Assembly (NCBI GenBank): GCA_030390025.1
Contig: CM059433.1
Span: 3,720,001 to 3,784,000, forward strand
DNA length: 64,000 nt
Source: Squalus acanthias
Taxonomy: Eukaryota
Direction: 5' to 3'
Position 1 is the stretch's first letter. The number at the start of each line of letters is the position of its first letter. The position numbers and the translations under genes were made by a program. This document shows positions 50,978-64,000 of the stretch, piece by piece. Below the pieces are notes generated by a model that ran no database searches, had not been told where the DNA came from, and saw only the letters and a list, made by a program, of their open reading frames with translations.

Positions 50978-51432
50978 CATAAGAAATAGGAGCAGGAATA
51001 GGCCACTTGGCCCCTCGAGCCTGCTCCGCCATTCAATAAGATCATGGCTGATCTTGGGCTCAAAGCCACTTCCCCGCCCGCTCCCCATAACCCTTCACTC
51101 GCTCATCTTGCAAAAATCTGTCTATCTCCACCTTAAATGTATTTAATGACCCAGCCTCCACGGCTCTCTGGGGCAGAGAATTCCACAGATTTACGACCCT
51201 CTGAGAGAAGAAATTCCTCCTCATCTCAGTTCTAAAAGGGCGACCCTTTATTCTGAAACTATGCCCCCGAGTTCTAGATTTCCCCACGAGGGGAAACATC
51301 CTCTCTGCATCGACCTTGTCGAGCCCCCTCAGTATCTTATATGTTTCAATAAGATCACCTCTCATTCTTCTAAATTCCAATGAGTATAGGCTCAACCTGC
51401 TCAACCTTTCTTCATAAGTCAACCCGCTCATC
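50978..51432 (-). mobile_element. CR1 LINE 3' fragment
   Basis: ORF 51060-51431 YEERLSRLSLYSLEFRRMRGDLIETYK plus hairpin tail. Confidence 0.95.
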
Positions 51433-52809
51433 TCATTAAATTTTAAGTTTAATCTAACATAGTGGGTGTTGAATCTTTACTGTATAATCATATAATAAAA
51501 GTTATACATGAGTGACAAAGAAATATTTAAATAAAATTATCATTAATAATATGACTCCATCTACAAATACGATCAAGAACATAATTAAAAAAGTACATTA
51601 ATTGGGAAGTTATTGGTGCTTTAGTCACAAATCTTTAGACTTTTGTATCAGTAACTGGTATAAATAAAAGATGTGTGTGTATAGGTAATACATCAAATTA
51701 AGCATGTTTTAAATGTAATTGTAAAGGGGTGGATTTATAATCTTATGCAAGTTTAGCAGAAGAGCTGTGGAATCCCTGACAAACAGTGTAAGTGGTGCTT
51801 ACAATGTGTTTCTGGGATTTCTGCAGCTCTTCTGTTGAAGTTAACAATGGACAAGTGAGAAAACCTTCACAGAAATTCACTCTAAAGTCTCAGACTGAAA
51901 AATTAAATTAGTCATATTCAGGGACTGAAAGCAAATTGAACCAGTGGAATGAGTGATGAGAATGGAATTGTTATGGTTGATGACTTGATTAAATGTGTAA
52001 CTGGACAATCACAGTATACTGTGAGAAAAACCTGACCAGAAACAACACAAAAATTTATTGGAATAGTATATGTCATTTTTTATAGTGCAGATCAATTCAC
52101 TGCAATTACTGTTCAGTTGGAAGGCAACAGCCGAGAATGGCCAGTGAAAAATTAACATTTACCAGTAGCTTTTCCAGTAGAACAGAATCTCCATCAATCT
52201 GTTAGCTGATGTAATCCACATGTTTTTATTTTGGTTTGTTTTCCATGCTGTCAAGTCATCTGCTGGAGCAATGGCCACGGAACTCATGCCTCAGGTTGAC
52301 AGACGTGGTTCCCGAGCTGTGTGGATCCCGTGGCCATGCAGGGAAATTTATAAAAGAAGGGGGACAAAGGCTCTTAAGTGCCTGTAAACTACCTCAGAAT
52401 GATTTCAATTGGGTCCCCCGCCGCTGCTGGTCGGGTCGGCTCCACGCTGACAGACGCGCCTGTGGGAAAGGCACGTGGGAGCGAAATGACAGCGGGTTCC
52501 TGACCCGCTATCAAAAAAACCAACTTTCCCACCCAACCCGCCACTGATCGTGCCCGCTACCACCCCGGAAAATTCAGCCCAATGTGTTTTTTAAAGTTGC
52601 ACTTTTAAAAATATATTTGAGTTTTGTGTGGGTTTGCTCCCTCCCACCCCATTCCAGTCTTCACCCACAGCTAAAATCAAACCTTCCCGTTTATTTTCTA
52701 AATACAAAAACAAGTAAAATGTGTTTGATTGGTTATTTCTGAGGTTCTGAAGCCAAGCCCCTCCTCTGCCCTAGATGAAAATACCGAAATCCCCTGTCGT
52801 CCTTGCCTG

Positions 52810-53145
52810 CCGTCGTTTTGTTCTCAGTCTCTTCTCTTTGTTTAGAACTGACTTGTGTAGCTTTCAATTTCATCTCCCTCTTTCTGTCTTTCAACATTCC
52901 TTTCCCCTTCCTTGCTTTTGTGCTGTTCTGTTTCTCTTATCTTTCCTATCCTCAATTTCTACCTCTCTCTTCCTTTGCCTTTTCCTGTCTGTGTGCCTTT
53001 TCCCCCTCTCTCTTTCTCACTATCACTCTTTTCACATCTGTGCTTTTCTCTCTCGGTCTTCTGACTTTGTCCCAACTTTTGCCTTTCTCTTCTTCTCCTT
53101 TTCTTTCCCAGTGTCTTTACCTTTTTTTTTCTCATTTTACCTCCC
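52810..53145 (+). repeat. Pyrimidine-rich low-complexity tract
   Basis: C/T-rich sequence producing spurious F/L/S-rich ORFs. Confidence 0.8.
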
Positions 53146-53346
53146 TTGACCAACAAAAGCAAAATGATCCCACATTCTTTTCACTGCAGGCCTATTCTGT
53201 TATTGCACAACTTACACATTCTGGCTTTGGTTCTCTGTCTCTGATTAATCAATTTTTGTATCTTTTTTTTTTGTTCAAATCAGCCTCTTCCTCTCACACT
53301 TTCATCTCTTACAAAGCTCCGGTAACACCTTATATGCTTCAACAGA

Positions 53347-53871
53347 AGGAGTGTGATAGAATACTCTCCACTTGCCTGGATGAGTGCAGCTCCAACAACA
53401 CTCAAGAAGCTCGACACCATCCAAGACAAAGCAGCTCGCTTGATTGGCTCCCCATCCACCACCTTAAACATTCACTCCCTCCACCACCGGCGTACCATGG
53501 CTGCAGTGTGTACCATCTACAAGATGCACTGCAGCAACTCGCCAAGGCTTCTTCAGCAGCACCTCCCAAACCCGCGACCTCTTCCACCTAGAAGGACAAG
53601 GGCAGCAGGCGCATGGGAACACCACCACCTCCAAGTTCCCCTCCAAGTCACACACCATCCTGACTTGGAAATATATCACCGATCCTTCATCGTCACTGGG
53701 TCAAAATCCTGGAACTTCCTCCCTAACAGCACTGTGGGAGCACCTTCACCACACGGACTGCAGCGGTTCAAGAAGGCGGCTCACCACCACCTTCTCAAGG
53801 GCAATTAGGGATGGGCAATAAATGTTGGCCTTGCCAGCGACGCCCACATCCCATGAACGAATAAAAAAAAA
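53347..53871 (+). mobile_element. 3' fragment of the Zenon-like LINE family
   Basis: EYSPLAWMSAAPTTLKKLD...HHHLLKGN, then AATAAA and poly(A). Confidence 0.92.
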
Positions 53872-54976
53872 CCCAGAGCTGAGCCCTGCTGCTGGTGTGA
53901 TACACTGGGAGGCTCTTCCACTTGATTGCGAGCCTGTATTACTTTGTGCCTCTTACTTTGTGACCATTTCCATAAATGAAATATATTTATTTTAGCTGTT
54001 GAATTTTAACCACATGTGTGGTCCTTCATCACGTTTGGGTTACATTGCGCAGTGATTTATTTTTCCATAAGCCACCACTTCCCATTGCTTATTCTAGATG
54101 CTTGCTGGAAAACTGCTAGTGAGTAATAATAAATCCACATTCCTACCATCAAACAGACTATAATTCTTTTTCCCAAGCAGCAATCAGACTTTAGTTTATA
54201 GCAGCACAATAGTAACATTGTGTTTGCCGGTAACAGTCCCTTACACTCTTATCTCTTTGCTAATCACTACCTCAAACGTAGAACAAAAAAGCTTGTGGAC
54301 AATCAAGCTGCATGTTAAAGGCGACATTTTCCAATGAGTTTGTTTTGTGAAATTTCAGCTACCTACAGGACCTTAAAACGTCTAGTTAATTATATATAAA
54401 TCGTAATAGAGATCTTTGAGGAACCCAGAATGTTCATTTTCTTTTGCGTGTATATGTAAATACATTTTACAGTATTTTTATTTCCAAAGGCTTTTGCTGT
54501 TACAACAACATGCAGGGGATGTCCTTTTGAAATGTACATCATGCGATTGATTTATTTGCAGTTTGCGTGGGTGGTCTTGTGTCTGAATTTCTTGAACTTT
54601 TAACTCAACGCCTATGTGTCAGAAGCCAGTTTCCCTTCTCTTGGTCTCACAAAGCTCAAAGGTCAGTTTTCTGAGTGTACCATTTGATCAGAGACACAAC
54701 AAATATTCAACATTATCAATCATCAGTTTCCATTTGATCCCAGTGAGTGTGACAGGAGAGCACTCTCTAGTGGGACAGCAAAATTATTACTATCAGAGCA
54801 GAGGAAATGCTCCATTCAGTGCCCCCAGAACATGATGAGGGGATTCCCATATAGACAGTTTACTATCTAAGTTTTTAATCATTTATTGTGTGTTGTCTCT
54901 ATGCACTCATAGGTCAAAGTGCACCAAGTAGGGAGCAGTGGAATTATATTTATATTTTTCTAAATTTTAAAGATAA

Positions 54977-55343
54977 GGGTCTGGATTTTCCTATCCAGTG
55001 GAATGGAGGTACAGCCCTTTGCAACCCCCCCTGTGTCTGGTGTCAGGCTAATTAGAATTTTTGTGACAGACTCCCAGCAGTATTGCTGGTTTCACTGGTT
55101 CACCTGTCTCCTTGCCAAGTACGCCTTGTCTAGACCAATCAGTCGACAATTCCCACTCACCACCATTAACATTTCATTTGAATACAGCGCCCAAATCTGG
55201 GAAGGTATAGTCAGTATCTGCTATCACTTCTGGTGGAAATTCCTGGAAGTGACAACCAAGGGAGCAGCTCGCCACCACATTTCCTACTCCCGCCCGCCCT
55301 GAAAGCACTCCAAAATGGACGTAAAAAATGGAAAATCTGATCC
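54977..55343. mobile_element. Old Harbinger-like MITE
   Basis: GGGTCTGGATTTTCC / GGAAAATCTGATCC inverted termini. Confidence 0.55.
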
Positions 55344-58300
55344 GTACATTGTTAAGCGAACCTCATCTGAGTATCTGCAAGTTCCAGAAAAAAAATTAAG
55401 ATTCAAATAAACTGTGTTAGATATTTTGTAAAACAGAAATGGGTGTCCCAAGTATCAGATGATTAACCCATATCCTCTAATCTTTATAGCACTATCATAC
55501 GCTAAAATAATGCGGGATGTCATAGAATATGGGAGTGTTGCAAAATATGGAAGTGAGGAAGCAAGATAATTGCCAGGAAATATTGACTGAGTGAGACTAC
55601 GGGCCCTTAGGGTGAAAGAACGATTCTGCTCAGGACCTCCAGCGAATATGGGAGGGTTTGTAAGCCTGCCTATAGCATCATCACACGCCATGCCTCTGTT
55701 GTCCATGTTCTGCTCAATGCCTCTTTCCCCAATCTCACTTTGTGCCTCCATTCTCCTTCTGCTCCATGCTTTGATTAACTGTTGCCATCCTGCTCTGTGC
55801 CTTCTTATACCCCTCCCGTAACCCAGTCCATACCCCAATATAGCCTGTACTGCTCTCCTGTCTGAGTCTGATTATAGTCACAGCCTGTGTTCATATAGCA
55901 GGACGTTGGAGAAAAAGACAGATGACAGGGATAAGGAAGGAGTTGTGTTGGTCATTTTAATTACAAAAATTAAGGACTGCCTGAATTATAAAAAAGGCCA
56001 AAAATCTGGATTAATTTTTCTCTCTGCCAATTTTTGATCTTCCTTTCCTGTGCAGCGTAATGCTTGAGTTTCCTCAAGTCCTCACTTATACCAGGAGGCG
56101 CGGTATTTTAACATTTGGGTAACATAATGAAGGTGGGAACATAACTGGGTCTGTTCCATTTGGTCTGCATTCCCACTGTCAATGTTGGACAATTATAAAA
56201 TGCCCCTGTGTGCTTCCTCCATGTGATGGTAGCAGCATTAACGAGGGATAAGTCAACAGACTAGAACCCATTGCTTTCCATTTGATGTTTTGCCAGATGG
56301 GAAGAGTGATGATTACAAATAACTTAACATCAAGGATGTACTTTGTAATGGTAATGAAAGATCCTGGGGGAAGGAAACATTATAACAAGGAGCAAGTCTA
56401 CTTAAAATACTCACAGTGCAGACCTAAGTCATCTCCATAACACATAATAGCTTCCTTTTACTCCCAGCACTACTGACTTTAGACTCTTATGTCAGTCATG
56501 TGACCCCCACAATGCTGAAATTAATATTCTCATCCCACACCAGTGCTGTTATCAGATTGTGTTCTCCAGCTTCACAGTCTGTAAAGAAGAGCAAGATGCT
56601 AATATTATAACTACCTCAGTAACAGCGGATACTTTGCATTGAAATCATTCTTGTAACCTAGGTTCCATACATACTTCAAAAGGGATAAATCTGAAATCTT
56701 TCTCACCTTCATAGTGAGTATCAGATGAGCTACATACCAATGTAGCAGATTTTGACAATTATCTCACAGAAGTGTTTTCCAACCAGTAAGTTTTAACTTG
56801 CTCTTTTTTGTTTTTGCATCTTTTATCTTTAGCTTGTGTTGCTTTTAAATTGGCGTTCATATTCGTGCAGCATATGCTCCCTGTATTTAACTTAAAATAT
56901 ATCATTCTTTAAAACTGTGGAAATGATCACAACTTCCATTCTACTTGTTCACCCTGAAATTAAGTTCTGCAAGAAAATGGTGCTGTTTAACGCGACAGAC
57001 CACAACATAGAGCATATTGCGTAGTTAGCTGCAGTCCGCTGAAGAAAAATAGAAAACTCCAGTCCTAAATTATACTTGGATGTGATGCAAAAAATGCTGC
57101 TTTTTCCTGAAAGGATTGGTAGCTCCAATGCTTTTACTGCCACCTGCGACACAGAATCCTGGACACTTTTCTCCTGTGTTTTTACTCCCAGCGTACTTCT
57201 TTATCTGCATCCACACTGTGTAATTGTATCTTTATTGTTAATGGCAGCAGGAAACCCAGAGCATTCAGCAAGCCCGTAATTCAAAAATAGAATGCTTTTG
57301 CACTTGATGATAGCCTTGTGGTTCCACTGTCTTTCTTTGCAAGTCATTCAGATTATATTTTTTAGAAGTGTCACAGTTAGTTAATGCCCTTGGAAATCAC
57401 AAGGACATCTCATTTGCAATATGTCTTTATATTTGCTATTAAAAGTTTAAAATTATTGGTTTGGAGACAGTTTGGTCAGTAACGTGTGTATTTTTGTGGG
57501 TTTCAAGCAGTAATTTTGACGATTTGCATAAATTAAAAACAGGGCAAACCCTTTGTGTAAACTAGTAACACACAGGAAATAGAGCTTTGGGTCCTCAGCA
57601 GATGGTCTGGGGTTTGAGTCCAAGGCTGTCTATCACTTAGATCTAGAGTTACCGCAGGAGTGAACTGTGTCTGTTTATTGCTGATTATTACTTGGAGTGG
57701 TGTACCATCTTAGGTGGAAGGGAGGTAACGATGGAAGTCCTCACCACCCTGCCTTCCTCCTACATCTGCAGGACTATGGGGAGAGAGCAGAGGAGTGGGA
57801 CTAATTGGAGAGCTCTTTCAAAGAGCCGGCACAGGCACGAATTCTATGATTTGAAAACTTATGGGAGCCCTGTTGTACCAGTGGAATTGTGACAGAGTGG
57901 GAATTCCACCTGCTTGACCACCCTGGCTCTAGCCCAGTCCCAAATCCTGGGGACTAGGTCATTTGTGTAATAGGGGCAGGTGCCCATCCCATTCATGGTG
58001 CTCCTGGGGCACTGGGATTTCAGACTGGCACCTAGCTGGGGTGGCTGAGCTGGTCCAGTCCAAGTGGCCCAATGGAAAAACGTTGCTTACGCTGCTCCTT
58101 TAATGATGTGGCGTTTCTCTAATGCCGGATTGAGGTCCGCTTTTGACTGTTGCATGGCAAGTGCATTTACTTCTTGCAGGTAGACTTGCCATTGGCTGTA
58201 CACTGGGAGAAACTGTCAGGATTTCTGCAAGAAGCCCAGAAGAAATGGGATCTGCCCAAATACCCCTCCTCTGTTCCGATAATGCTGATTCTGCTGCCAA

Positions 58301-58431
58301 AATGGGCCTGAACTTCTTTGTTTCTAATTCCACAGGGTGATATATTTCATTTGACATTACAGGAACAGCATTTATAAGCAGCACAATCCTGTTTTTTCTC
58401 AAATTTTAGTAAATGCTAAGGGTAGGTTTTC

Positions 58432-58961
58432 CTTACGTAAACTTGAGGTCATCCAAAACTCGGCTGCCCGTGTCCTAACTCGCACCAAGTCCCGTTCACC
58501 CATCACCCCTGTGCTCGCTGACCTACATTGGCTCCCGGTTAAGCAGCGCCTCGATTTCAAAATTCTCATCCTTGTTTTCAAATCCCTCCATGGCCTCGCC
58601 CCTTCCAATCTCTGTAATCTCCTTCAGCCCCACAACCCCCCCCGAGATATCTGCGCTCCTCTAATTCTGCCCTCTTGAGGATCCCTGATTATAATCGCTC
58701 AACCATTGGTGGCCGTGCCTTCTGTTGCCTAGGCCCTAAGCTCTGGAATTCCCTGCCTAAACCTCTCCGCCTCACTACCTCTTTTTCCTCCTTTAAGACG
58801 CTCCTTAAAACCTACCTCTTTGACCAAGCTTTTGGTCACCTGCCCTAATTTATCCTTATGTGGATCGGTGTCAAATTTTTTGTCTTAAAATACTCCTGTG
58901 CAGCGCTTTGGGACGTTTTACTACGTTAAAGGTGCTATATAAATACAAGTTGTTGTTGTTG
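58432..58961 (+). mobile_element. L2 LINE 3' fragment
   Basis: IQNSAARVLTRTKSRSPITPVLADLHWLPV; (GTT)n tail. Confidence 0.92.
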
Positions 58962-59141
58962 TCATTGTTCAGTTTAAAAGGCATTAACTTAGAAACAATT
59001 GAAAGTCCACAGAACCTTTAAACAGAAGCTGTTTTGAAATTGAGTAACAATCTGTGATTAGAGCACAGTTACAGCTACAGTGGTCTGATTGTTTCAGTGG
59101 ATTATTTTCCTTAAACTCTTACTGGCGTCTCAGAACAGACC

Positions 59142-59349
59142 CAGTCATGAGGAGCTCAGTCAGCCCTTTTAGACCTTTCAAATAACCAAATTCAAACTGC
59201 TTTTAGGGATGGTCAATTACACCACTTCGTAAGGACTTGTCGGGCATTTCCCACCAATCAAGATCAACATTCATACCTTTTAAAAAGAGGAACAGGTCAT
59301 TTTTCCAAGTACATGCATAGCATTAAGGGTCAGCTCTTGAATGAAACTC
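59142..59349 (+). repeat. Left arm of ~200-bp inverted repeat
   Basis: Reverse complement of 60177-60354 plus 60731-60758. Confidence 0.92.
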
Positions 59350-59496
59350 CTCTGAATATAAAGAAAAATGTACTCACTGAATGGGATATGCTACATGTAG
59401 TATTGAATAAGCTGTTCTTGCTTTGCAAATGCAAAGATAATACAATCAGCTGGAAAGGTCAATTGGATAGCCTGTAATTTGTAGCATACTTTGGTT

Positions 59497-59979
59497 GATT
59501 CCGGAAATGAAGGGGTTGTCTTATGAAGAAAGGTTGAGCAGGTTGGGCCGATACTCATTGGAGTTTAGAAGAATGAGAGGTGATCTTATTGAAACATATA
59601 AGATTCTGAGGGGGATTGACAGGGTGGATGCTGAGAGGATGTTTCTCCTCGTGGGGGAATCTAGAACTAGGGGGCACAGTTTCAGAATAAGGGGGCACCC
59701 ATTTAAAATGGAAATGAGGAGGAATTCTTCTCCCAGAGGGTCGTGAATCTTTGGAATTCTCTTCCCCAGAGAGCTGTGGAGGCTGGGTCATTGAATATAT
59801 TTAAGGTGGAGATAGACAGATTTTTGAAAGGTGAGGGAGTCAAGGGTTATGGGGAGCGGGCAGGGAAGTGGAGTTGAGGCCAAGATCAGATCAGCCATGA
59901 TCTTATTGAATGGCGGAGCAGGCTCGAGGGGCCGAATGACCGACTCCTGCTCCTACGTCTTATGTTCTTATGTTCTTAT
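59497..59979 (+). mobile_element. CR1 LINE 3' fragment
   Basis: IPEMKGLSYEERLSRLG...; hairpin and (TTCTTATG)n tail. Confidence 0.95.
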
Positions 59980-60176
59980 ACTTAATTGCTGAGAAATACT
60001 TGTTGTGGCTTGGCTGACTAGCGACTACTCCTGGAGCAGGGGACAAAAATTGTAGATTGCAGTTTATGTTAAAAATTCCACTTTTATTTACTGTTAATAA
60101 TGATCATCATAAGACCCAGAGTAATGGAGTAGGTTAGCACACTAACCTCTGTAACCTGAGTCTGACTATAGCCCCA

Positions 60177-60758
60177 GAGTTCCATTCAAGAGCTGACCCT
60201 TAATGCTGTACGTCTACTTGGAAAAATGACCTGTTCCTCTTTTTAACAGGTATGAATGTTGATCTTGATTGGTGGGAAATGCCCGACAAGTCCTTACGAA
60301 GTGGTGTAATTGACCATCCCTAAAAGCAGTTCGAATTTGGTTGTTTAAAAGGTCGTGACTGCAGTGTGTACCATCTGCAAGATGCACTGCAGCAACTCGC
60401 CAAGGCTTCTTCGGCAGCACCTCCCAAACCCGCGACCTCTTCCACCTAGAAGGACAAGGGGAGCAGGCGCATGGGAACACCACCACCTCCAAGTTCCCCT
60501 CCAAGTCACACACCATCCTGACTTAGAAGTATATCGGCCGATCCTTCATCGTCGCTGGGTCAAAATCCTGGAACTCCCTCCCTGACAGCACTGTGGGAGC
60601 ACCTTCACCACACGGACTGCAGCGGTTCAAGAAGGCGGCTCACCACCACCTTCTCAAGGGCAACTAGGGATGGGCAATAAATGCTGGCCTTGCCAGCGAC
60701 GCCCTGATCCCATAAACGAATTTTAAAAAAAGAGGGCCGAATGAGCTCCTCATGACTG
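60177..60758 (-). repeat. Right arm of inverted repeat, interrupted by a LINE fragment
   Basis: 60177-60354 and 60731-60758 pair with 59142-59349. Confidence 0.9.
60355..60731 (+). mobile_element. 3' fragment of the Zenon-like LINE family
   Basis: AVCTICKMHCSNSPRLLRQHLP...; A-rich tail. Confidence 0.92.
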
Positions 60759-61139
60759 ATAAAATTAAAGTTTCCTCTTTCTGATGGCTATAAGAAATTA
60801 GCTTGGGAAGTCTTAATGCAATTCTTAGAAGGCTTGGATCTACATTTATTCTTCTGTTAACTGCCTACAATTTAACAAAAGTTGTCACTAAATTGGCAAT
60901 TTCACTAGGACAGCATTAGGACTGTTATTGTGTAGAAATGGAAAAATTCACACTGGCGTAGCAAGAAGTGTACTTCACAATTTGGGTTTGAACTAGGTTA
61001 GTCATAAAGCTTTGCCTTGCATCCGGCTCTGTGATACATCTTTAATGAGATCAGCCATGATCTCATTGAATGGCGGAACAGGCTCGAGGGGCTGAATTGC
61101 CTACTCCTGTTCCTACGTTCCTATTAGGCACCAGCATTA

Positions 61140-61828
61140 TCCATATATAAAAAATCAATAGTTAATGCAATAGTGTCAGAGGACTGGCAAACTGTAAATG
61201 TAATTCCTATTTTCACAAAGGAACGATAGGCCAGTTAGCTTAACGTCAGTAGTAGGAAAGATACTAAACTCTTTGATCAGATAATAAAATAATCTAGAAA
61301 TGGCCAGTATAATAAAAATCGTCAGCATGGATTTCTGAAAGGAGGTCATGTTTAGCTAACCTTATTGAATTCTTTGAAAAAATAACAAAGGGTACAAAAG
61401 GACATTGCAGCGGATGTTGAATACATGAACCTTCCGAAGGCCTTCGATAAGGTGCCACATAAGAGATTTGTGACAACGGTCAAACCTTATGTAGTCGGGG
61501 GTTGGGTAGCAGAATGGATTGAACAGAAAACAGAGGGTAGACGTCAGGAAACGTTTCTCAGACTGGCAGAGAGTGAGAAGTGGTGCCCCACAGGGATCTG
61601 TGCTAACATGCACGCAAATGATTAGGACTCAGCAATTGCAGGTATGGTGTTGAAATTTGAAGATGATACCAAATTGGGTGGTGGGATAGCTAATAACGTG
61701 GGGGACTGCACCAAGGTATAGAAAGGCATTAACAGGCTTGCAGAGTGGGTGGATAAGTGGCAAATGAAATTCAATATAGTGAAGTGCGAGATGGTTCATT
61801 TTGGTAGGAGGAAGAAGGAGGCCACTTA
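61140..61828 (+). mobile_element. Old CR1 RT-region fragment
   Basis: RPVSLTS, QHGF, KAFDKVPH, KFEDDTKLGG, WVDKWQMKFN remnants. Confidence 0.85.
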
Positions 61829-61829
61829 T

Positions 61830-62103
61830 TCATAGGATTACATAAAATTACATAGGATATACGGCACAGAAACAGGCCATTCGGCCCAACCAGTCCATGC
61901 CGGTGTTTATGCTCCACTCGAGCCTCTTCCCATCTTTCCTCATCTAACTCTATCAGCATAACCCTCTATTCCCTTCTCCCTCATATGCTTGTCTAGCCTC
62001 CCCTTAAATGCATCTATACTATTCGCCTCAACCACTCCCTGTGGTAGCGAGTTCCACATTCTCACCACTCTCTGGGTAAAGAAGTTTCTCCTTAATTCCC
62101 TAT
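61830..62103 (-). mobile_element. CR1 LINE 3' fragment
   Basis: RRNFFTQRVVRMWNSLPQGVVEA plus tail. Confidence 0.9.
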
Positions 62104-62663
62104 TCCTTGTAAGGTAAGAAATTAAATGGGGTGGAGGAGCAGAGAGATCTGGGAAGCCAGAAAAATAAATCACTAAACGTTAACTACTGGGCAAGAGGGC
62201 AAAATGGAGAGTGAGACCACCTACACTGTGCTGACTTAACCCTTCTCGGCTGCTCGAGAGCACAGCTCATGGAGACCAAGGAACTGGAATGAAATCTGTC
62301 AAATCGGGGGGAATTACTAAAATGGAAAATAAAATTAAAACATTTAAATAAATGTACAGGGGCCGAAAATCCATGGGAGCAGCATCCCAATGGAAGTGCT
62401 GAATCAGGCATCTTGGAACCTCCGCATCTGACCTCATCAAAGTTTGTGTGGTTAGGGGGAGATCCCTTCATTTTTAATTTCAATGGCAGGTGCTCACACC
62501 TCTAGGGCAGCATCGAGAGAGCCTGCCCACCAAAGAGCTGCACATGTCAATGAAGGTGGCCAACTGGGGGTGGGGGCGGGTGAGGTGCCACCATCCCGCC
62601 CAGAAACAACTTTAAAGTGCCGCCAGGGTTTCTCTTTCTAAGGGAGTCATATTGAAATATATC

Positions 62664-63682
62664 GGCCTAGAAACTCGGCTCCGTACCGCCCGGCTTTTCG
62701 TCGCTACAGGAGCCGTTTTGTGTCGAAAATGGCATCCGCGCCGCGCGCACACAATTCACAGAATCACAGAATCCCCACAGTGCAGATAGAGGCCATTTCG
62801 GCCCATCGAGCCTGCACCGACACATATCCCACCCTATCCCTGCGTATTTAATCCCCCCTAACACTAAGGGTCAATTTATCATAGCCAAATCAACCTAACC
62901 CGCACATCTTTGGACTGTGGGAGGAAACTGGAGCACCCGAAGGAAACCCACGCAGACACGGGGAGAATGTGCAAACTCCACACAGACAGTCACCCGAGGC
63001 CGGATTCGAACCCGGGTCCCTGGCGCTGTGAGGCAACAGTGCTAACCACTATGCCACCGTGTTCTGGTAAAGGACGCCATTTTGGTAAAGGCCAATCAAG
63101 AGGCGACCTTTACCCACATCTGAAGCAGGCATTAGGCCATTAACATATGCAAATAAGGGGCTTAACGCCTGCATCTGCTCCCTCTTGCAACTTTGGTTTG
63201 CGCCTGAGGCAGCCAGCACCTGTGCCGATTGACTCCAGCAGAACCAACGCACAAAATGGTAAGTACTTACCATAATCACCACTGCTCCTAGTCCCGATAT
63301 CTCCGACCTCACTCTCGACTCCGATGTCCAGGCCCCCCCCCGATCTCCCCCTGGCCCCGGCCCCAACCTCCTAGCCCCTAGCACTCCCGACCCCCCAACA
63401 ACACTCCGCACCCCCGTGATCTTCTTCCCCGACCCCCGACAGCCCTCCGATCGCACTCCGAGGCCCAGCCGTTCCTCCTCCAGACCCCCACGATCTTCTT
63501 CCCCATTCACTTTCCTGACAATTGGTGCACAAACCTGTGCAGGCTCCTACCGCTGCGCCATTTACAAGATAATGAGTTCCGAGGCCCAAAACCCCTGGCT
63601 CCTCGGACCCCCCATTTGAGAGCGGGCTGTTTGCACTCTGCGGTAAGGCGCCCAAAAATGGACCCTACTGAACTTCTAGGCC
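62664..63682. mobile_element. Harbinger-like MITE hosting an HE1 SINE
   Basis: TIRs GGCCTAGAAA / ACTTCTAGGCC. Confidence 0.65.
62757..63061 (-). mobile_element. HE1-like V-SINE
   Basis: Minus-strand A box TGGCATAGTGG, B box GGTTCGAATCC, V-domain GTGTGGAGTTTGCACATTCTCCCCGTGTCTGCGTGGGTTTCC, CR1-like tail. Confidence 0.9.
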
Positions 63683-63899
63683 ATATTGTTTTAAATTGCT
63701 AACCTTTTCTTTGTGGGTGGGGAGGGGTGGGGGCGGGGGTTGGTGGGTGGCGGGCTCCAGACCTGGTCCCTCGGGTAATCCACACTTCCAACATTCAGTG
63801 GCGTGGCTCCACTCCTAACAGTCCACCCCTGAATGCCCCGCACAAGGCTGGTGATTCCCAGTTCTGGACTAATATTCGGCCCATCTGCCACACTCATAG

Positions 63900-64000
63900 T
63901 AATGGGAGTAGGCCATCCAGCCCCTCGAGCCTGCTCTGCCATTCTATTAGAATTCTTTAACTGCATTTACTCATCTTTGATCCATATCCCTTGATACCCT
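63900..64000 (-). mobile_element. CR1 3' tail, running off the window end
   Basis: GGAGTAGGCCATCCAGCCCCTCGAGCCTGCTC. Confidence 0.8.

Noticed and set aside
52775..53591. Hydrophobic 262-aa and 124-aa ORFs resembling membrane proteins
   Set aside because: Artefact of the pyrimidine tract running into an off-frame LINE fragment
55455..55838. 127-aa minus-strand ORF in unique sequence
   Set aside because: No recognisable motif and no convincing splice context
62985..63061. tRNA gene candidates (also SINE heads at 19488, 24095, 49765 and degenerate heads near 7090 and 8530)
   Set aside because: These are SINE-derived heads without a complete cloverleaf, not genuine tRNA genes

Overview
This is eukaryotic, repeat-dominated vertebrate DNA. 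The repeat content (HE1-like V-SINE, DeuSINE/SacSINE1-like SINEs, shark-type CR1, L2, RTE and Penelope elements) points to a shark or other elasmobranch; this is inferred from family recognition, not from a search. I found no confidently identifiable host protein-coding exon, so the window reads as a large intron or intergenic region. The long ORFs belong to transposable elements: a Mag-like Ty3/Gypsy provirus (30301-34459) with LTRs, a 5-bp target-site duplication (TSD) and a tRNA-Ser primer-binding site (PBS); two large copies of an endonuclease/RT LINE, one carrying a tRNA-like 5' head; a decayed two-gene PIF/Harbinger transposon with many non-autonomous MITE derivatives; and a Penelope GIY-YIG fragment carrying a minimal hammerhead ribozyme. 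The most notable structures are the hammerhead motifs, the tRNA-headed LINE with no ORF1, a ~200-bp inverted duplication of non-recognised sequence (59142-60758), a CR1 subfamily with a doubled 3' hairpin tail, and a MITE carrying palindromes and a cassette-exon-like segment. I see no evidence for a wholly new multi-gene system. Coordinates were read by eye and may be off by a few bases.
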